DNA of 64,000 bases, from the IMG/VR virus record IMGVR_UViG_3300045988_138376; one strand, 5' to 3'. How positions within the stretch are numbered: position 1 is the stretch's first letter; every line of letters begins with the position of its first letter. The notes beneath the pieces were generated by a model. That model ran no database searches. It worked only from the letters and a program-made list of their open reading frames with translations, and was not told the DNA's origin. This document shows, one piece after another, positions 8,320 to 17,673 of this stretch. Position numbers and translations under genes: made by a program. Source of the DNA: a virus.

Positions 8320-8614
8320 AGCGCAGAAAGATTTAGTTAAAAAGTATGTGGCTAAATCTGAGAAAATGCGTAGATTATCTATATCAGGCAAAGGTACGTT
8401 TGTTCCGGAAGAAGGAGAAATATTTTTAGCGGAAGTACCAAATAAGGGGATAGATCGAAAAGTGAAAGCACTGGTATCGAAAGATAGGGAAGCATGTGAG
8501 AAGTGCTGTTTTTGTGATGGTGAATTAGGCTTTTTGTGTTGGGGAGTACGTTGCACAACAATAGACGATGAAACACAACTAACATTTAGGAGGGTATCAG
8601 ATGGGAAAATTTAA
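8300..8614 (+). CDS. Cys4-module protein (copy 1)
   Basis: C-terminal 'ACEKCCFCDGELGFLCWGVRC' following 'EEGEIFLAEV'. Paralogous to the next two genes. Confidence 0.6.
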   Translation: MTNKELEAQKDLVKKYVAKSEKMRRLSISGKGTFVPEEGEIFLAEVPNKGIDRKVKALVSKDREACEKCCFCDGELGFLCWGVRCTTIDDETQLTFRRVSDGKI

Positions 8615-8819
8615 AAGCGTAGAACTATATGATACCTTCACAATAGATCACCCAGTGACAGGGGAAACGATAAGAGTGCAAGCAATGGAAGGTAACAATG
8701 TAATATCATGCAGGGAATGCCTATTCCGGCAAAAGGAGTTTAAAAAGATATGCCCGCTTATGCGATGTGTCGATATGGCTACGGGAAAGTGTCAAACCTA
8801 TAAACAAGTGAAGTTATGA
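8601..8819 (+). CDS. Cys4-module protein (copy 2)
   Basis: 'ISCRECLFRQKEFKKICPLMRC', with the same spacing as its neighbours. Confidence 0.6.
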   Translation: MGKFKSVELYDTFTIDHPVTGETIRVQAMEGNNVISCRECLFRQKEFKKICPLMRCVDMATGKCQTYKQVKL

Positions 8820-9346
8820 AAAGATTAGATTTATCATGCCTGCCGTTATACTTAGAGGTAGGTGAAAAGATGGAGTTAATAGATAAAGACGGTAAGTATC
8901 ACTTATTGCAATGTGTTCCGTCAAAAAATAGTTCATGCGAGGGGTGTTTCTTTATTGATGCAAAAACTCCGTTTAGCTGTGATTATGTTATGTGTTCTTC
9001 ACTGGAAAGATATAATAAAAGAGATGATGTGATATGTGCGGAACTTCCGGTAGAGAATGAATTTAAGCAAGACGAAGAAAACGAAATGAAAACGCTGACA
9101 TTTGAAGATCTATCAGGAACGAAAACAATAAAAGAGGGAGAAATATTCATCTACGTAGACTGTTTAGACGTACAGCACAAAATAATAGCTAAGAAAGCGG
9201 AATCATCAAGCAGTTCGGTGAGATGCAGAAGGTGCGTATTTAACAATGATGCGTGTCGCTTTGTGTGTTGTTTAAATTCAGATAGGGAAAGCAAAGATGA
9301 TGTTTCTTACGAGGAATTATCATTTGAAGAACCATTTAAGCCCTAA
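8816..9346 (+). CDS. tandem Cys4-module protein (copies 3 and 4)
   Basis: 'SSCEGCFFIDAKTPFSCDYVMC' and 'VRCRRCVFNNDACRFVCC', each preceded by a short beta-rich segment. Confidence 0.65.
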   Translation: MKRLDLSCLPLYLEVGEKMELIDKDGKYHLLQCVPSKNSSCEGCFFIDAKTPFSCDYVMCSSLERYNKRDDVICAELPVENEFKQDEENEMKTLTFEDLSGTKTIKEGEIFIYVDCLDVQHKIIAKKAESSSSSVRCRRCVFNNDACRFVCCLNSDRESKDDVSYEELSFEEPFKP

Positions 9347-9350
9347 TATA

Positions 9351-9536
9351 ATGAAACCGTATATAATAACTGAACTTCGTTTGATAACATACGATGGGAA
9401 AGAAATACCTGTCGAATTAATTGAAAGAAAAATCTTGACCGAACCACCTCGATTGATAAAAGAGAGGATTCTGGAAGCCTTCAAGACGATGAAAGACACA
9501 CCAGTTGATGTCAAGATGAAAATAAAATTGGTTTAA
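9351..9536 (+). CDS. hypothetical protein
   Basis: Start taken at ATG 9351 (MKPYIITEL...), just after the upstream stop. The track ORF begins at 9297 inside the previous gene. Confidence 0.45.
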   Translation: MKPYIITELRLITYDGKEIPVELIERKILTEPPRLIKERILEAFKTMKDTPVDVKMKIKLV

Positions 9537-9550
9537 TTTAAATTACTTAT

Positions 9551-9916
9551 ATGATAGCAAAATATAATGGGATTGTCTATAAAGACAACGAGCTACAACT
9601 ATTTTCCACAGGAGCAATTTTTGTGAAACCTTTAAAGAGGGCTTTTTGGGATTATGAATTTGAATTTGTAAAACATGATTGCCCAATTGACTTAAATGAC
9701 ACAGTATCTGTAATATTAACAAAATGGGGTGCAACATATCTTAATGCAAGGAATATGTATAAGAATGAAACTGATACAGTGAAACCAATTTATAAGGTTG
9801 ACTATAAAGAAGGTGATGTTTACGAAGGACAGCTTTGGCAACTTATATTAGACTTTAAAGACGGCTTTAGATTTGATAAAGAAAAAGTATTTAAAAAATT
9901 AACAAAGGTACGTTAA
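9551..9916 (+). CDS. hypothetical protein
   Basis: 121-aa ORF with ordinary composition. Confidence 0.6.
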   Translation: MIAKYNGIVYKDNELQLFSTGAIFVKPLKRAFWDYEFEFVKHDCPIDLNDTVSVILTKWGATYLNARNMYKNETDTVKPIYKVDYKEGDVYEGQLWQLILDFKDGFRFDKEKVFKKLTKVR

Positions 9917-9934
9917 ACCAAATAAAAAAAAACT

Positions 9935-10351
9935 ATGGGATTTACAACGCCATGTTTTATTAGAAAAAATACGGAAGAACTTCAGAAGAAGTTAGAGCAA
10001 CTGGGATATACCTTAATTCCCAATGGATACGGTGTATGGAACATTCCTATCAAAGACTGCACCTATTTATTTTGTGGTGTTGACGTTTATCAAGGAACAA
10101 CCATCCCTTTTTATATGGGGCGCATGTGTAAGCCTTGCGCTTATTATTGTGAAAAGAACGAAACGCTATTTTTGGCTATAGCTGCATTAAGGGACGATAA
10201 CAATTACATGCAATGGTTTACTGATGGGAGTCATTGGTATCAAAACAAAATTGCTGACAGAGAAGTTGAACGTTTTGGAGCAGGAGATCCGATCGGATAT
10301 CACAAGGCTACGGTAGAAGAGCTTATTAATCATTTTAACAATAAACGTTAA
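9935..10351 (+). CDS. hypothetical protein
   Basis: 138-aa ORF, last gene before a 310-nt intergenic gap. Confidence 0.6.
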   Translation: MGFTTPCFIRKNTEELQKKLEQLGYTLIPNGYGVWNIPIKDCTYLFCGVDVYQGTTIPFYMGRMCKPCAYYCEKNETLFLAIAALRDDNNYMQWFTDGSHWYQNKIADREVERFGAGDPIGYHKATVEELINHFNNKR

Positions 10352-10536
10352 ATATCAAACAATGCTTTGATAATTCAAAAAGAATGCGGATATTTGCTGA
10401 TGTATTCTGAAATGTGGCAATGGATGATATATGATTAAATAGCTTTTTTAGATTAAATTGTTTTGTAGATTATATAACCGTATGTTAGCAATTGCCACCG
10501 TTGTGTTTATACAACGTCTGTTAACGCGGTAACGAT

Positions 10537-10577
10537 AAAGCCGTACTGATAGAGTTTCAGATACGGCTTTATTGTTC
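10537..10577 (+). terminator. hairpin terminator candidate
   Basis: 9-bp stem AAAGCCGTA/TACGGCTTT (10537-10545 / 10562-10570) followed by ATTGTTCT. Confidence 0.45.
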
Positions 10578-10662
10578 TAAACGGCAAAAGGTTCATTATC
10601 TCCACACCTTGAACATTGTAATTCAATATTAAAAATAGAATAAACTCAACAACAACATAACA

Positions 10663-10980
10663 ATGGAAGAATTTGATGTAGAATGCCCATATTGCGGCAA
10701 AGGTTTAAATATTGACCATGAAGATGGCTATGGTTATGAAGAAGGTGAAACTCACACCCAATATTGCTATCATTGCGATGCGAAATTCGTCTATACTACC
10801 AGTATCAGCTATTACTATGAAGTAGACAAAGCTGACTGTCTTAATGGCGGAGAGCATATCTGGGAGTTAACGCCTACCTTTCCTAAATATTATGCTGATA
10901 TGCAATGTAAATGTTGTGGGGAGAGACGGCAATTAACAGAAGAGGAAAGAAAGAAGTATAATGTTGAAAATTACATTTGA
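10663..10980 (+). CDS. zinc-ribbon protein
   Basis: Paired CxxC motifs 'CPYCGK...CYHCDA' and 'CKCCGE'. Confidence 0.6.
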   Translation: MEEFDVECPYCGKGLNIDHEDGYGYEEGETHTQYCYHCDAKFVYTTSISYYYEVDKADCLNGGEHIWELTPTFPKYYADMQCKCCGERRQLTEEERKKYNVENYI

Positions 10981-10982
10981 CT

Positions 10983-11147
10983 ATGAGAACAATTATGCTA
11001 ATTTCCGCACATATAATAGCTACAAGCATACATCCTGATTACTTGGATAATATAAAGGTCACTTCTATTGTATTGGCTGTACTAATAGCAGTCGTTGGAG
11101 ATACAATAGATATGTTTAACAATAAAAAAAAGAGAAGTAATGAATGA
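10983..11147 (+). CDS. possible small membrane protein (54 aa, below track cutoff)
   Basis: Hand translation MRTIMLISAHIIATSIHPDYLDNIKVTSIVLAVLIAVVGDTIDMFNNKKKRSNE. Its stop overlaps the next start (ATGAATGA). Confidence 0.3.
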   Translation: MRTIMLISAHIIATSIHPDYLDNIKVTSIVLAVLIAVVGDTIDMFNNKKKRSNE

Positions 11148-11838
11148 ATTAATCAAAGTCCAAATTGAAACAAAAGACGGTATAAACATTGTAAGTAGCA
11201 GAGTAATTGCTAACCAACTTGGAAAGGAACATAAGCATGTTTTAGAGGGTATTAGAAGGATGGGTCTAAATCTCGACCCATGTAATTTTATTGAAAGTTC
11301 CTATTTAGATTCGTATAATAGAAGCAAGGCGGAATATCTTTTAACGAAAGACGGGTTTACTCTTTATATGTTCAACATACAAGGCTATAATGAATTTAAG
11401 AGGGCTTATATAAACCGCTTCAATGAAATGGAAAGGGCATTGAAAACTATGCAGCCAAAACTACCTCAGACTTATAAAGAGGCTTTAAAGGAACTCCTTG
11501 TACAAGTTGAGGAAAACGAACGGTTGCAGATTGAAAACAAAGATATGAAGCCTAAAGCCGAGTACTTCGATGAAATAGTAGATAGAGGCGGTCTTACTAA
11601 TTTTAGAGACACAGCGAAACTGTTAGGCGTATCGGAAAAGGCATTTATTTTTCTACTGATTGACAAGAAGTACATATACAGGGATCAGAAAGGGACTTTA
11701 AAACCAGTCGCCAAATATGTAGGAACTTACTTTGAATTAAAAGAATGGGTAAGAGGAGAAAAGACCGGAACTCAAACATTAATAACGGCTAAAGGGAAAG
11801 AGCAGTTCTTAGAGCTAATCAATAGCATAAAACTATAA
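11140..11838 (+). CDS. Rha-family regulatory protein / antirepressor
   Basis: 'SSRVIANQLGKEHKHVLEGIRRM...LLTKDGFTLYMF' (Rha). The C-domain 'MKPKAEYFDEIVDRGGLTNFRDTAKLLGVSEKAF' is nearly identical in pattern to the C-domain of ORF 28746. Confidence 0.8.
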   Translation: MNELIKVQIETKDGINIVSSRVIANQLGKEHKHVLEGIRRMGLNLDPCNFIESSYLDSYNRSKAEYLLTKDGFTLYMFNIQGYNEFKRAYINRFNEMERALKTMQPKLPQTYKEALKELLVQVEENERLQIENKDMKPKAEYFDEIVDRGGLTNFRDTAKLLGVSEKAFIFLLIDKKYIYRDQKGTLKPVAKYVGTYFELKEWVRGEKTGTQTLITAKGKEQFLELINSIKL

Positions 11839-11842
11839 TCTC

Positions 11843-12616
11843 ATGAAAAACATATTTTTCGGTAAGGACATCACTTTATACAACTATAATTGTTTGGAAG
11901 TAATGCCTCTCCTGCAAAGTTCAAGTATTGATTTAATTCTATGCGATCCTCCTTTTGGTACAACAGCTTCTCAGTGGGACAAAATTATTTCTTTTGATGA
12001 AATGTGGAAGGAGGTTAAAAGAATAAGGAAAGAAAATGCGCCTACAGCTCTATTTGGCAGCGAACCGTTTAGCAGTCTTCTTCGTTGTAGCAATTTAAAT
12101 GAATTTAAATATGATTGGGTCTGGGAGAAATCGAAAGCAAGTAACTTTCTACTCGCTAAAAAACAACCTTTGAAAGCGCATGAATTAATCAGCGTTTTTG
12201 GTAAAGGGAAAATCCCTTATTATCCAATTATGGAGGAAGGAGAGCCTTATGGAAATCGCACAAAAAGAGGAAGCAATTGGACGGGAGTTAACAATGTGCC
12301 AAATCCTACATTCAGGCATGAAAACAAAGGAACACGATACCCACGAAGTGTAAAATACTTCAAAACTGCGGAATCAGAGGGGAAAACAATTCACGTTAAT
12401 CAGAAACCCATCGCGTTGTTAATGTATCTTATACAAACATACACAAAAGAGGGAGACACAGTTCTTGATTTTGCTGCTGGAAGTATGAGTACGGCTATTG
12501 CTTGTCTTTATACAAATAGGAAATGTATCTGCATAGAAAAAGACGAAAATTACTTCTTGCTTGGAGCAGAAAGAGTTGAAAAAGAATATCAAAGCGTAAG
12601 GGGATTAAGATTTTGA
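11843..12616 (+). CDS. DNA methyltransferase (N6_N4_Mtase family, beta-class order)
   Basis: Motif IV 'LILCDPPFG' is near the N-terminus. AdoMet motif 'VLDFAAGSMSTAIAC' follows 'HVNQKPIAL' near the C-terminus. No adjacent restriction gene is recognisable. Confidence 0.85.
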   Translation: MKNIFFGKDITLYNYNCLEVMPLLQSSSIDLILCDPPFGTTASQWDKIISFDEMWKEVKRIRKENAPTALFGSEPFSSLLRCSNLNEFKYDWVWEKSKASNFLLAKKQPLKAHELISVFGKGKIPYYPIMEEGEPYGNRTKRGSNWTGVNNVPNPTFRHENKGTRYPRSVKYFKTAESEGKTIHVNQKPIALLMYLIQTYTKEGDTVLDFAAGSMSTAIACLYTNRKCICIEKDENYFLLGAERVEKEYQSVRGLRF

Positions 12617-12633
12617 ATATTAAATAAAAAATT

Positions 12634-12849
12634 ATGAAACATAAATCAAGCGTAATCAATCCGTATAACGGAATGTTTGGGCAGCAGGGATGGATTTGCC
12701 CGAAGTGTGGGAGAGTATATTCACCTTTTACTCAAATGTGTTTACATTGTAAGCCCAATAATACAACAACTGTTTCTAATATTGGTAACAGAACTAATAA
12801 GATTGTCAGTGAAGAAGAACTAAGAGAAAACCGTAAAACGATAAAATAA
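12634..12849 (+). CDS. zinc-ribbon small protein
   Basis: 'CPKCGRVYSPFTQMCLHC'. Confidence 0.55.
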   Translation: MKHKSSVINPYNGMFGQQGWICPKCGRVYSPFTQMCLHCKPNNTTTVSNIGNRTNKIVSEEELRENRKTIK

Positions 12850-12894
12850 CAAATTAAATAGCCTTGGACGGGCTTTGTAAAATCCTTAAACATT

Positions 12895-13140
12895 ATGACA
12901 TTTGAACAAGAAGTTGTAGAAACAAAAAGATTGCGTCAAGAAATTGATGCTAAGATTCAAGAAGTGAAAGACCTTCCAGTAAGTCGTGAACGTAGCCTTA
13001 CTATCACAAAATTACAAGAAGCTGTTATGTGGCTCGGTATGGATTTGAAACGACTGGGTACTGATAATCCTTATCCATCAAGTAAAGACCCTTCAACGGG
13101 AACAGTTATAGAACCTACCGCTGATGGATTGAAGCTATGA
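12895..13140 (+). CDS. small helical hypothetical protein
   Basis: 81 aa. 'SRERSLTITKLQEAVMWLGMDLKRLG' looks like a helix-hairpin. Confidence 0.6.
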   Translation: MTFEQEVVETKRLRQEIDAKIQEVKDLPVSRERSLTITKLQEAVMWLGMDLKRLGTDNPYPSSKDPSTGTVIEPTADGLKL

Positions 13141-13427
13141 TTACTCAACAACACATTGATGCACTTAAAAAGTACCTTGGGGAAGAAAACCTAAGGTACT
13201 TCCGACACTTGAAAGGTTTGAAAGGATGCGTTTTCCCCGTACTAAGGTTGAATTTCAATAGAAAACACATTCCGTTTCATCCTGTAGGATTGAGGGAAGG
13301 TATGCAAATAAGAAATTGGATGCGTGCGAATTTTCCTGAATTCAGAAAGCTATCTCAAGACAAGATTGAGAAATATTCTAAGGAATTGGTAGAAAAAGCA
13401 ATAATAAATTTACATAAAACAACATAA
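13137..13427 (+). CDS. hypothetical protein
   Basis: 96-aa ORF whose start overlaps the previous stop. Confidence 0.55.
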   Translation: MITQQHIDALKKYLGEENLRYFRHLKGLKGCVFPVLRLNFNRKHIPFHPVGLREGMQIRNWMRANFPEFRKLSQDKIEKYSKELVEKAIINLHKTT

Positions 13428-13430
13428 AGT

Positions 13431-13760
13431 ATGAAACAGACATTAGAAGAAGCAGCTAAAGAAAATATTCTGTTTAATCACAGAACAGCTGATCGCACTT
13501 TATCAGGTAAGAACTTGGCACAATTTGGGGAGATTAATTTCATTCAAGGTGCCGAATGGCAGGCAGAGCAATCTCCGTGGATCAGCGTCAAGGAACGGTT
13601 ACCGGAATCCAACATCACGGTTTTTACTAAAGGAGCTTATGGATACCTTATTTGTTTTCTTTCAAATTTAGGAGAATGGGAAACAGGTGCAAACATTAAT
13701 GAAGAAAGATTAGGTATAACACATTGGATGCCTATTCCCTCTTTAAATGAAAATCATTAA
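13431..13760 (+). CDS. DUF551-like protein
   Basis: 'WISVKERLPE...ITHWMPIPSL' matches my memory of the DUF551 pattern (W..v.d.LP ... W.plP). Confidence 0.55.
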   Translation: MKQTLEEAAKENILFNHRTADRTLSGKNLAQFGEINFIQGAEWQAEQSPWISVKERLPESNITVFTKGAYGYLICFLSNLGEWETGANINEERLGITHWMPIPSLNENH

Positions 13761-13762
13761 GT

Positions 13763-14197
13763 ATGAGTAGAACACCTAAAACAAATAGAGTTTGGAATAA
13801 ACAGGAGAAACGGATAGTCCGACTTCTCTATCGCAAAGGATTTGATATAGACTTATCAAACTTGTATTGGGCTTCCTATAAAAAGACAGGAAAGAAGTAC
13901 AGACGTAAAGGTTCTACGTTTAGCTCTTCGGGTTATCGTGACGAAGTTTATTTTTGTACTCGGGACTATTGGGGAGAATATGACGAATATTCTTTAGTTG
14001 ACTCCTTTATAGAAATGAAGACATGGGAAAATATTCCTGATGACGTACTAAAGAACTGTGATGATATGTGGAAAGCATATTCGCTATCAAATTTCCAATG
14101 TAAAAGTAGAAAGTGGCTGATTAAATATTTGTCAACCCTTTCCACCGTTAGATTCGATTCGAAGGTAAATAAAATTCTGAGAATCAAACATTATTAA
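13763..14197 (+). CDS. hypothetical protein
   Basis: 144-aa ORF. Confidence 0.6.
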   Translation: MSRTPKTNRVWNKQEKRIVRLLYRKGFDIDLSNLYWASYKKTGKKYRRKGSTFSSSGYRDEVYFCTRDYWGEYDEYSLVDSFIEMKTWENIPDDVLKNCDDMWKAYSLSNFQCKSRKWLIKYLSTLSTVRFDSKVNKILRIKHY

Positions 14198-14281
14198 AAA
14201 CTAAAATGAATAATATTATGGACGAAAAACAGAAAAGAATACTTCAGTACTCTACTATGCTAACAGCACAGATTTTTTGAG

Positions 14282-14512
14282 ATGTTTCAAGAAGAAGACT
14301 GTGAAAATTACTTAGGTGATAGAGACGTGAATAGTGTTGAATTTGGAATGGCATTAATGCTCGCAAATTGTAGTATTTTCAAAACATTGTTTGGGGAAAC
14401 AAACGTAAATCTATTAGAGGCAAGCCACATGTGTAATAGTCTTGCGGTTGAATATCTGATGCAATATGGCAAGATGTCCAAACAGGATGATGAAGAATCC
14501 GATGATGAATAA
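14282..14512 (+). CDS. hypothetical acidic-tailed protein
   Basis: 76 aa ending in 'QDDEESDDE'. Confidence 0.5.
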   Translation: MFQEEDCENYLGDRDVNSVEFGMALMLANCSIFKTLFGETNVNLLEASHMCNSLAVEYLMQYGKMSKQDDEESDDE

Positions 14513-14531
14513 CCTTCAATACAAATAAGAA

Positions 14532-14810
14532 ATGAACGGAGAACAAATAATACCGCCAATTACTGACCCATTGGGACAGAGTTGGCGACAGCCTCACAGA
14601 AGGTTTATCGAATTGGATGATACCCACGCTCTTATGAGTGAGCAGACTTTAAAAGCTCTGAAAGAGTATTCCACCACAATACCTACTGGAATATATGACG
14701 GTAAAATGTGGAAAGGGCTTGCGAATGGTGAGTGGTATCTTGTATGGTTTGCTCCTGACGAAGCCCCTGACAAAGCTCGTATAGAGAAAAGAAAAATTTT
14801 AATAGCGTAA
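14532..14810 (+). CDS. hypothetical protein
   Basis: 92-aa ORF. Confidence 0.55.
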   Translation: MNGEQIIPPITDPLGQSWRQPHRRFIELDDTHALMSEQTLKALKEYSTTIPTGIYDGKMWKGLANGEWYLVWFAPDEAPDKARIEKRKILIA

Positions 14811-14829
14811 AACAGTTTAGAAATTAATT

Positions 14830-16776
14830 ATGAAAGAGATTAAATTAAAAAAGTTAATTCTCCAAAATTGGAGAGGAAGAAATCTTGTTATTTCATTTAA
14901 ATTAGATGGAGTAACCAACATTATGGGACGTAATAAAAGTGGTAAAAGCTCTTTGAAAGATGCTTTTTTGTGGTTAATGACAGGATTTGATTCAAGCAAC
15001 CGCGCAAATTACAATCTTTTTGACAACAACCATAATTATACAGCAGAAGATTCTCCTGTTGCATCTGTTGAAGCTCTTATTGCCATTGACGGGAATGAAT
15101 TTTATTTTAAAAAAGAAGCAAAAAAAGGATGGATAAGAAGAAGAGGGAATAAGGAATATGAATTAAAAGGATCTGATGATTACGTCTGCTATTTTGACGG
15201 AATCGAGGTATCGGCCGGAGAATACAAGAAGCGAGTTTCCGAATTATTGTGCGAGATAGAGCCATTAAAGGTTATGTTGAACACAGAATATTTTCTTAGT
15301 TTAGAATGGAAACAACAACGCGAAATGCTTTCTTTATTAGCTGGGGACATTCAGGAGAGTGATTTCAAATCCAATTACAGCGATTTATTTCTTCTTCTGA
15401 AAAAATACTCGATTGATGAATTGAAGGCACAAGTCAAGACAAAGATAAGCCCTATGAAGCAGCAATTGAGTTCTTTCCCTTTAACAATACAAACTCTCGA
15501 ACAACATTTGCCTGACATATCTAATGTTTGCGATTTAGAAAAAGAAATAGGGGAATTGAAAAGCAAAATCGTAGAGATAGATAATGCAATATTATCAGCT
15601 TCAAAAATGGCCGAACCTTATATTGAGATGAGGAACAAGCAATTACAAGAATTATCTAACATCAACTCGGAGATTAGAAATAAGAAAAGTGACTTTGAAT
15701 ATAATCAGAATGAAAAGCCGAACAAAATCAGGAGACAAATACAGGAAGCAAAAAAAGAAAACGAATATATTCAAAGACAAAGGAATAAAACGCAAGAAGA
15801 AAGAAAGTCTAACGAAAATAAATTAGCTCGATTAAAAGCAAAGGTAGAAGAGCACGATGAATATCGAAAAAAGCTATTAATTGAAAAAGACGAGTTGTTA
15901 AAAAGGGAATTTAACAGCGAAAAATGCTCTTTCTGCGGACAAGATCTTCCTGAATCAATGCTTGAAGCAAAAAGAAGAGATTTTTATGAAAAAAGAGAAA
16001 ATGCAGTAAATGATATTATTAAAAAGGGAAAAGAAAACAATGAAAGGAAACAAGAAAAACTTGAAGAAATAGAACGTATAGAAGCTCTATTAGCTGATGA
16101 TATTGAAAGTCCGATGTATATTGACATAGAGGAATTGGAAAAGGGACTGCAAGAAGCGGAGCAAAAAACCTTAAAATTTGAAGATTCTGATGAATATAAA
16201 AAGCTAAAAGACAAAGCTGCTGCAATTCAAAATGGGTTAACAGAAGTCCCAGTAGTAGATAATACTAATCTGCTAAATATGAAAGAATCATTGACCCTGC
16301 AAATTGAAGAGAAAAGTCGTGCAATGGGACTTGTCGATGAAAGAGAAAGACAATTAAAAACGATTGCTTCTTTAAAAAGAGAAATGCGCGAAGTTGCCGA
16401 TAGTTTGGCCGTGCAAGAGCAAATAGAGGCAAATATTAAATCCTATGAAGAAGAGCGCGCCCAAATTGTTTCTAACAAAGTAAATAAATATTTTAGTAGA
16501 TGCAATATTTCTATGATGCAACAGGACAAGTCTGGGCAATGGATACCGAGCTGCACAATAACTGTATCTGATGGCAGTTTGGTGAGCACCTGCAATGGAG
16601 CCGAAAATATTTTAGTAGGACTTGACATTTCAAATGCTTTTGCTTCATATTATGACATTAGCTTGCCTGTATTTGTAGATGATGTAAATCTTATAAATAG
16701 CGATGTAAATGTCGAAACAAATCATCAACTCATTAAATTAGTAGTTAGCGAAGACGAAAACATTATTGTTCGTTAA
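14830..16776 (+). CDS. Rad50/SbcC-like SMC-fold ATPase with CxxC zinc hook
   Basis: Walker A 'GRNKSGKSS' at the N-terminus, about 400 aa of coiled coil with a central 'CSFCGQ', and a C-terminal 'LPVFVDDVN' Walker B-like motif. Confidence 0.8.
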   Translation: MKEIKLKKLILQNWRGRNLVISFKLDGVTNIMGRNKSGKSSLKDAFLWLMTGFDSSNRANYNLFDNNHNYTAEDSPVASVEALIAIDGNEFYFKKEAKKGWIRRRGNKEYELKGSDDYVCYFDGIEVSAGEYKKRVSELLCEIEPLKVMLNTEYFLSLEWKQQREMLSLLAGDIQESDFKSNYSDLFLLLKKYSIDELKAQVKTKISPMKQQLSSFPLTIQTLEQHLPDISNVCDLEKEIGELKSKIVEIDNAILSASKMAEPYIEMRNKQLQELSNINSEIRNKKSDFEYNQNEKPNKIRRQIQEAKKENEYIQRQRNKTQEERKSNENKLARLKAKVEEHDEYRKKLLIEKDELLKREFNSEKCSFCGQDLPESMLEAKRRDFYEKRENAVNDIIKKGKENNERKQEKLEEIERIEALLADDIESPMYIDIEELEKGLQEAEQKTLKFEDSDEYKKLKDKAAAIQNGLTEVPVVDNTNLLNMKESLTLQIEEKSRAMGLVDERERQLKTIASLKREMREVADSLAVQEQIEANIKSYEEERAQIVSNKVNKYFSRCNISMMQQDKSGQWIPSCTITVSDGSLVSTCNGAENILVGLDISNAFASYYDISLPVFVDDVNLINSDVNVETNHQLIKLVVSEDENIIVR

Positions 16777-16836
16777 AAACTTGCCTGTTAGAGAAAAAAG
16801 TAGTATTTTTATAAACTTTAAAAAACAAATAAACTT

Positions 16837-17283
16837 ATGCAAAATTGGTATGAAGGCGTAATACGCTATGAAAAAGTAACAGAAGAAGGTAAAGTAAAGA
16901 AAGTAAATGAATTATATTTAGTTGATGCACTTTCTGCTACAGAATGCGAAGCACGTCTAATCGAAGAAATGACTCCGTTTATTACAGGAGAATTTGCTGT
17001 AAAATCAGTCAAAGAGTCGAATTACTCTGAATTGTTTCTAAGTGAAGAAGAAGCTGCTGACCGTTATTTTAAATGCAAATTGATTTTTATCACATTGGAC
17101 GAAAAAAGTGGGAAGGAATCTAAAACATCTACTCTGATTTTGGTACAAGCTGCCGATCTGCGCGATGCTGTAAAGAAGCTGGATGAAGGCATGAAAGGTA
17201 CAATGGCTGATTATCAGATCGGTTCTGTTGCTGAAACAGCAATTATGGACGTATATTTATATAACAATAACAACAATAATTAA
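16837..17283 (+). CDS. DUF4494-like protein (Bacteroidota-associated family, from memory)
   Basis: 'WYEGVIRYEKVTEEGKVKKVNELYLVDALSATECEARLIEEMTPFITGEF'. Ends in a poly-Asn tail. Confidence 0.5.
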   Translation: MQNWYEGVIRYEKVTEEGKVKKVNELYLVDALSATECEARLIEEMTPFITGEFAVKSVKESNYSELFLSEEEAADRYFKCKLIFITLDEKSGKESKTSTLILVQAADLRDAVKKLDEGMKGTMADYQIGSVAETAIMDVYLYNNNNNN

Positions 17284-17287
17284 TAAA

Positions 17288-17635
17288 ATGGCAAAGAAAG
17301 TAACAGACATAGATAGCGCTACCGATATTTTTTTATCATGCAGTATTTGCTTATCGGACATTCCTAAAGATGTCATCTATACATCTAAGGGTGGAAAAAA
17401 ATACGTTCGGTTTTCAATAAGCAAACTAAAGGAACTTGGTAAATTTGGAGACACCCATTATCTTAAATATTCAGCTTCACAAGAAGACAAAGCTCGCGGG
17501 CAATATGACATCTTTATTGGAGGAGGAACAGAATACCAAAGAGGAGAAGGAGCAGATGCAGAAGTAGGGTCTGCTAAGAAACAAAATAAACCAAGCGTTC
17601 AACCGACCGTACCAGCAGATGATTTGCCTTGGTAA
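17288..17635 (+). CDS. putative ssDNA-binding-like protein
   Basis: Sits between the ATPase and RecT. The C-terminus 'PADDLPW' resembles the acidic SSB tip (E. coli DDDIPF). Start taken at ATG 17288. Confidence 0.4.
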   Translation: MAKKVTDIDSATDIFLSCSICLSDIPKDVIYTSKGGKKYVRFSISKLKELGKFGDTHYLKYSASQEDKARGQYDIFIGGGTEYQRGEGADAEVGSAKKQNKPSVQPTVPADDLPW

Positions 17636-17660
17636 TATTGCACAATAATTAGAAGTTTCT

Positions 17661-17668
17661 TATATTTG
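17661..17668 (+). promoter_or_regulatory. -7 promoter box TATATTTG
   Basis: Intergenic, 133 nt upstream of the RecT start. Confidence 0.5.
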
Positions 17669-17673
17669 CAACC

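Noticed and set aside
10591-10603. The 13-mer GTTCATTATCTCC, followed a few nt later by ACATTGT, is shared between the intergenic regions at 10591 and 28402.
   Set aside because: Exact 13-mer pairs are expected by chance in 64 kb of AT-rich DNA (order of tens). I keep it only as a weak hint of a common regulatory site.
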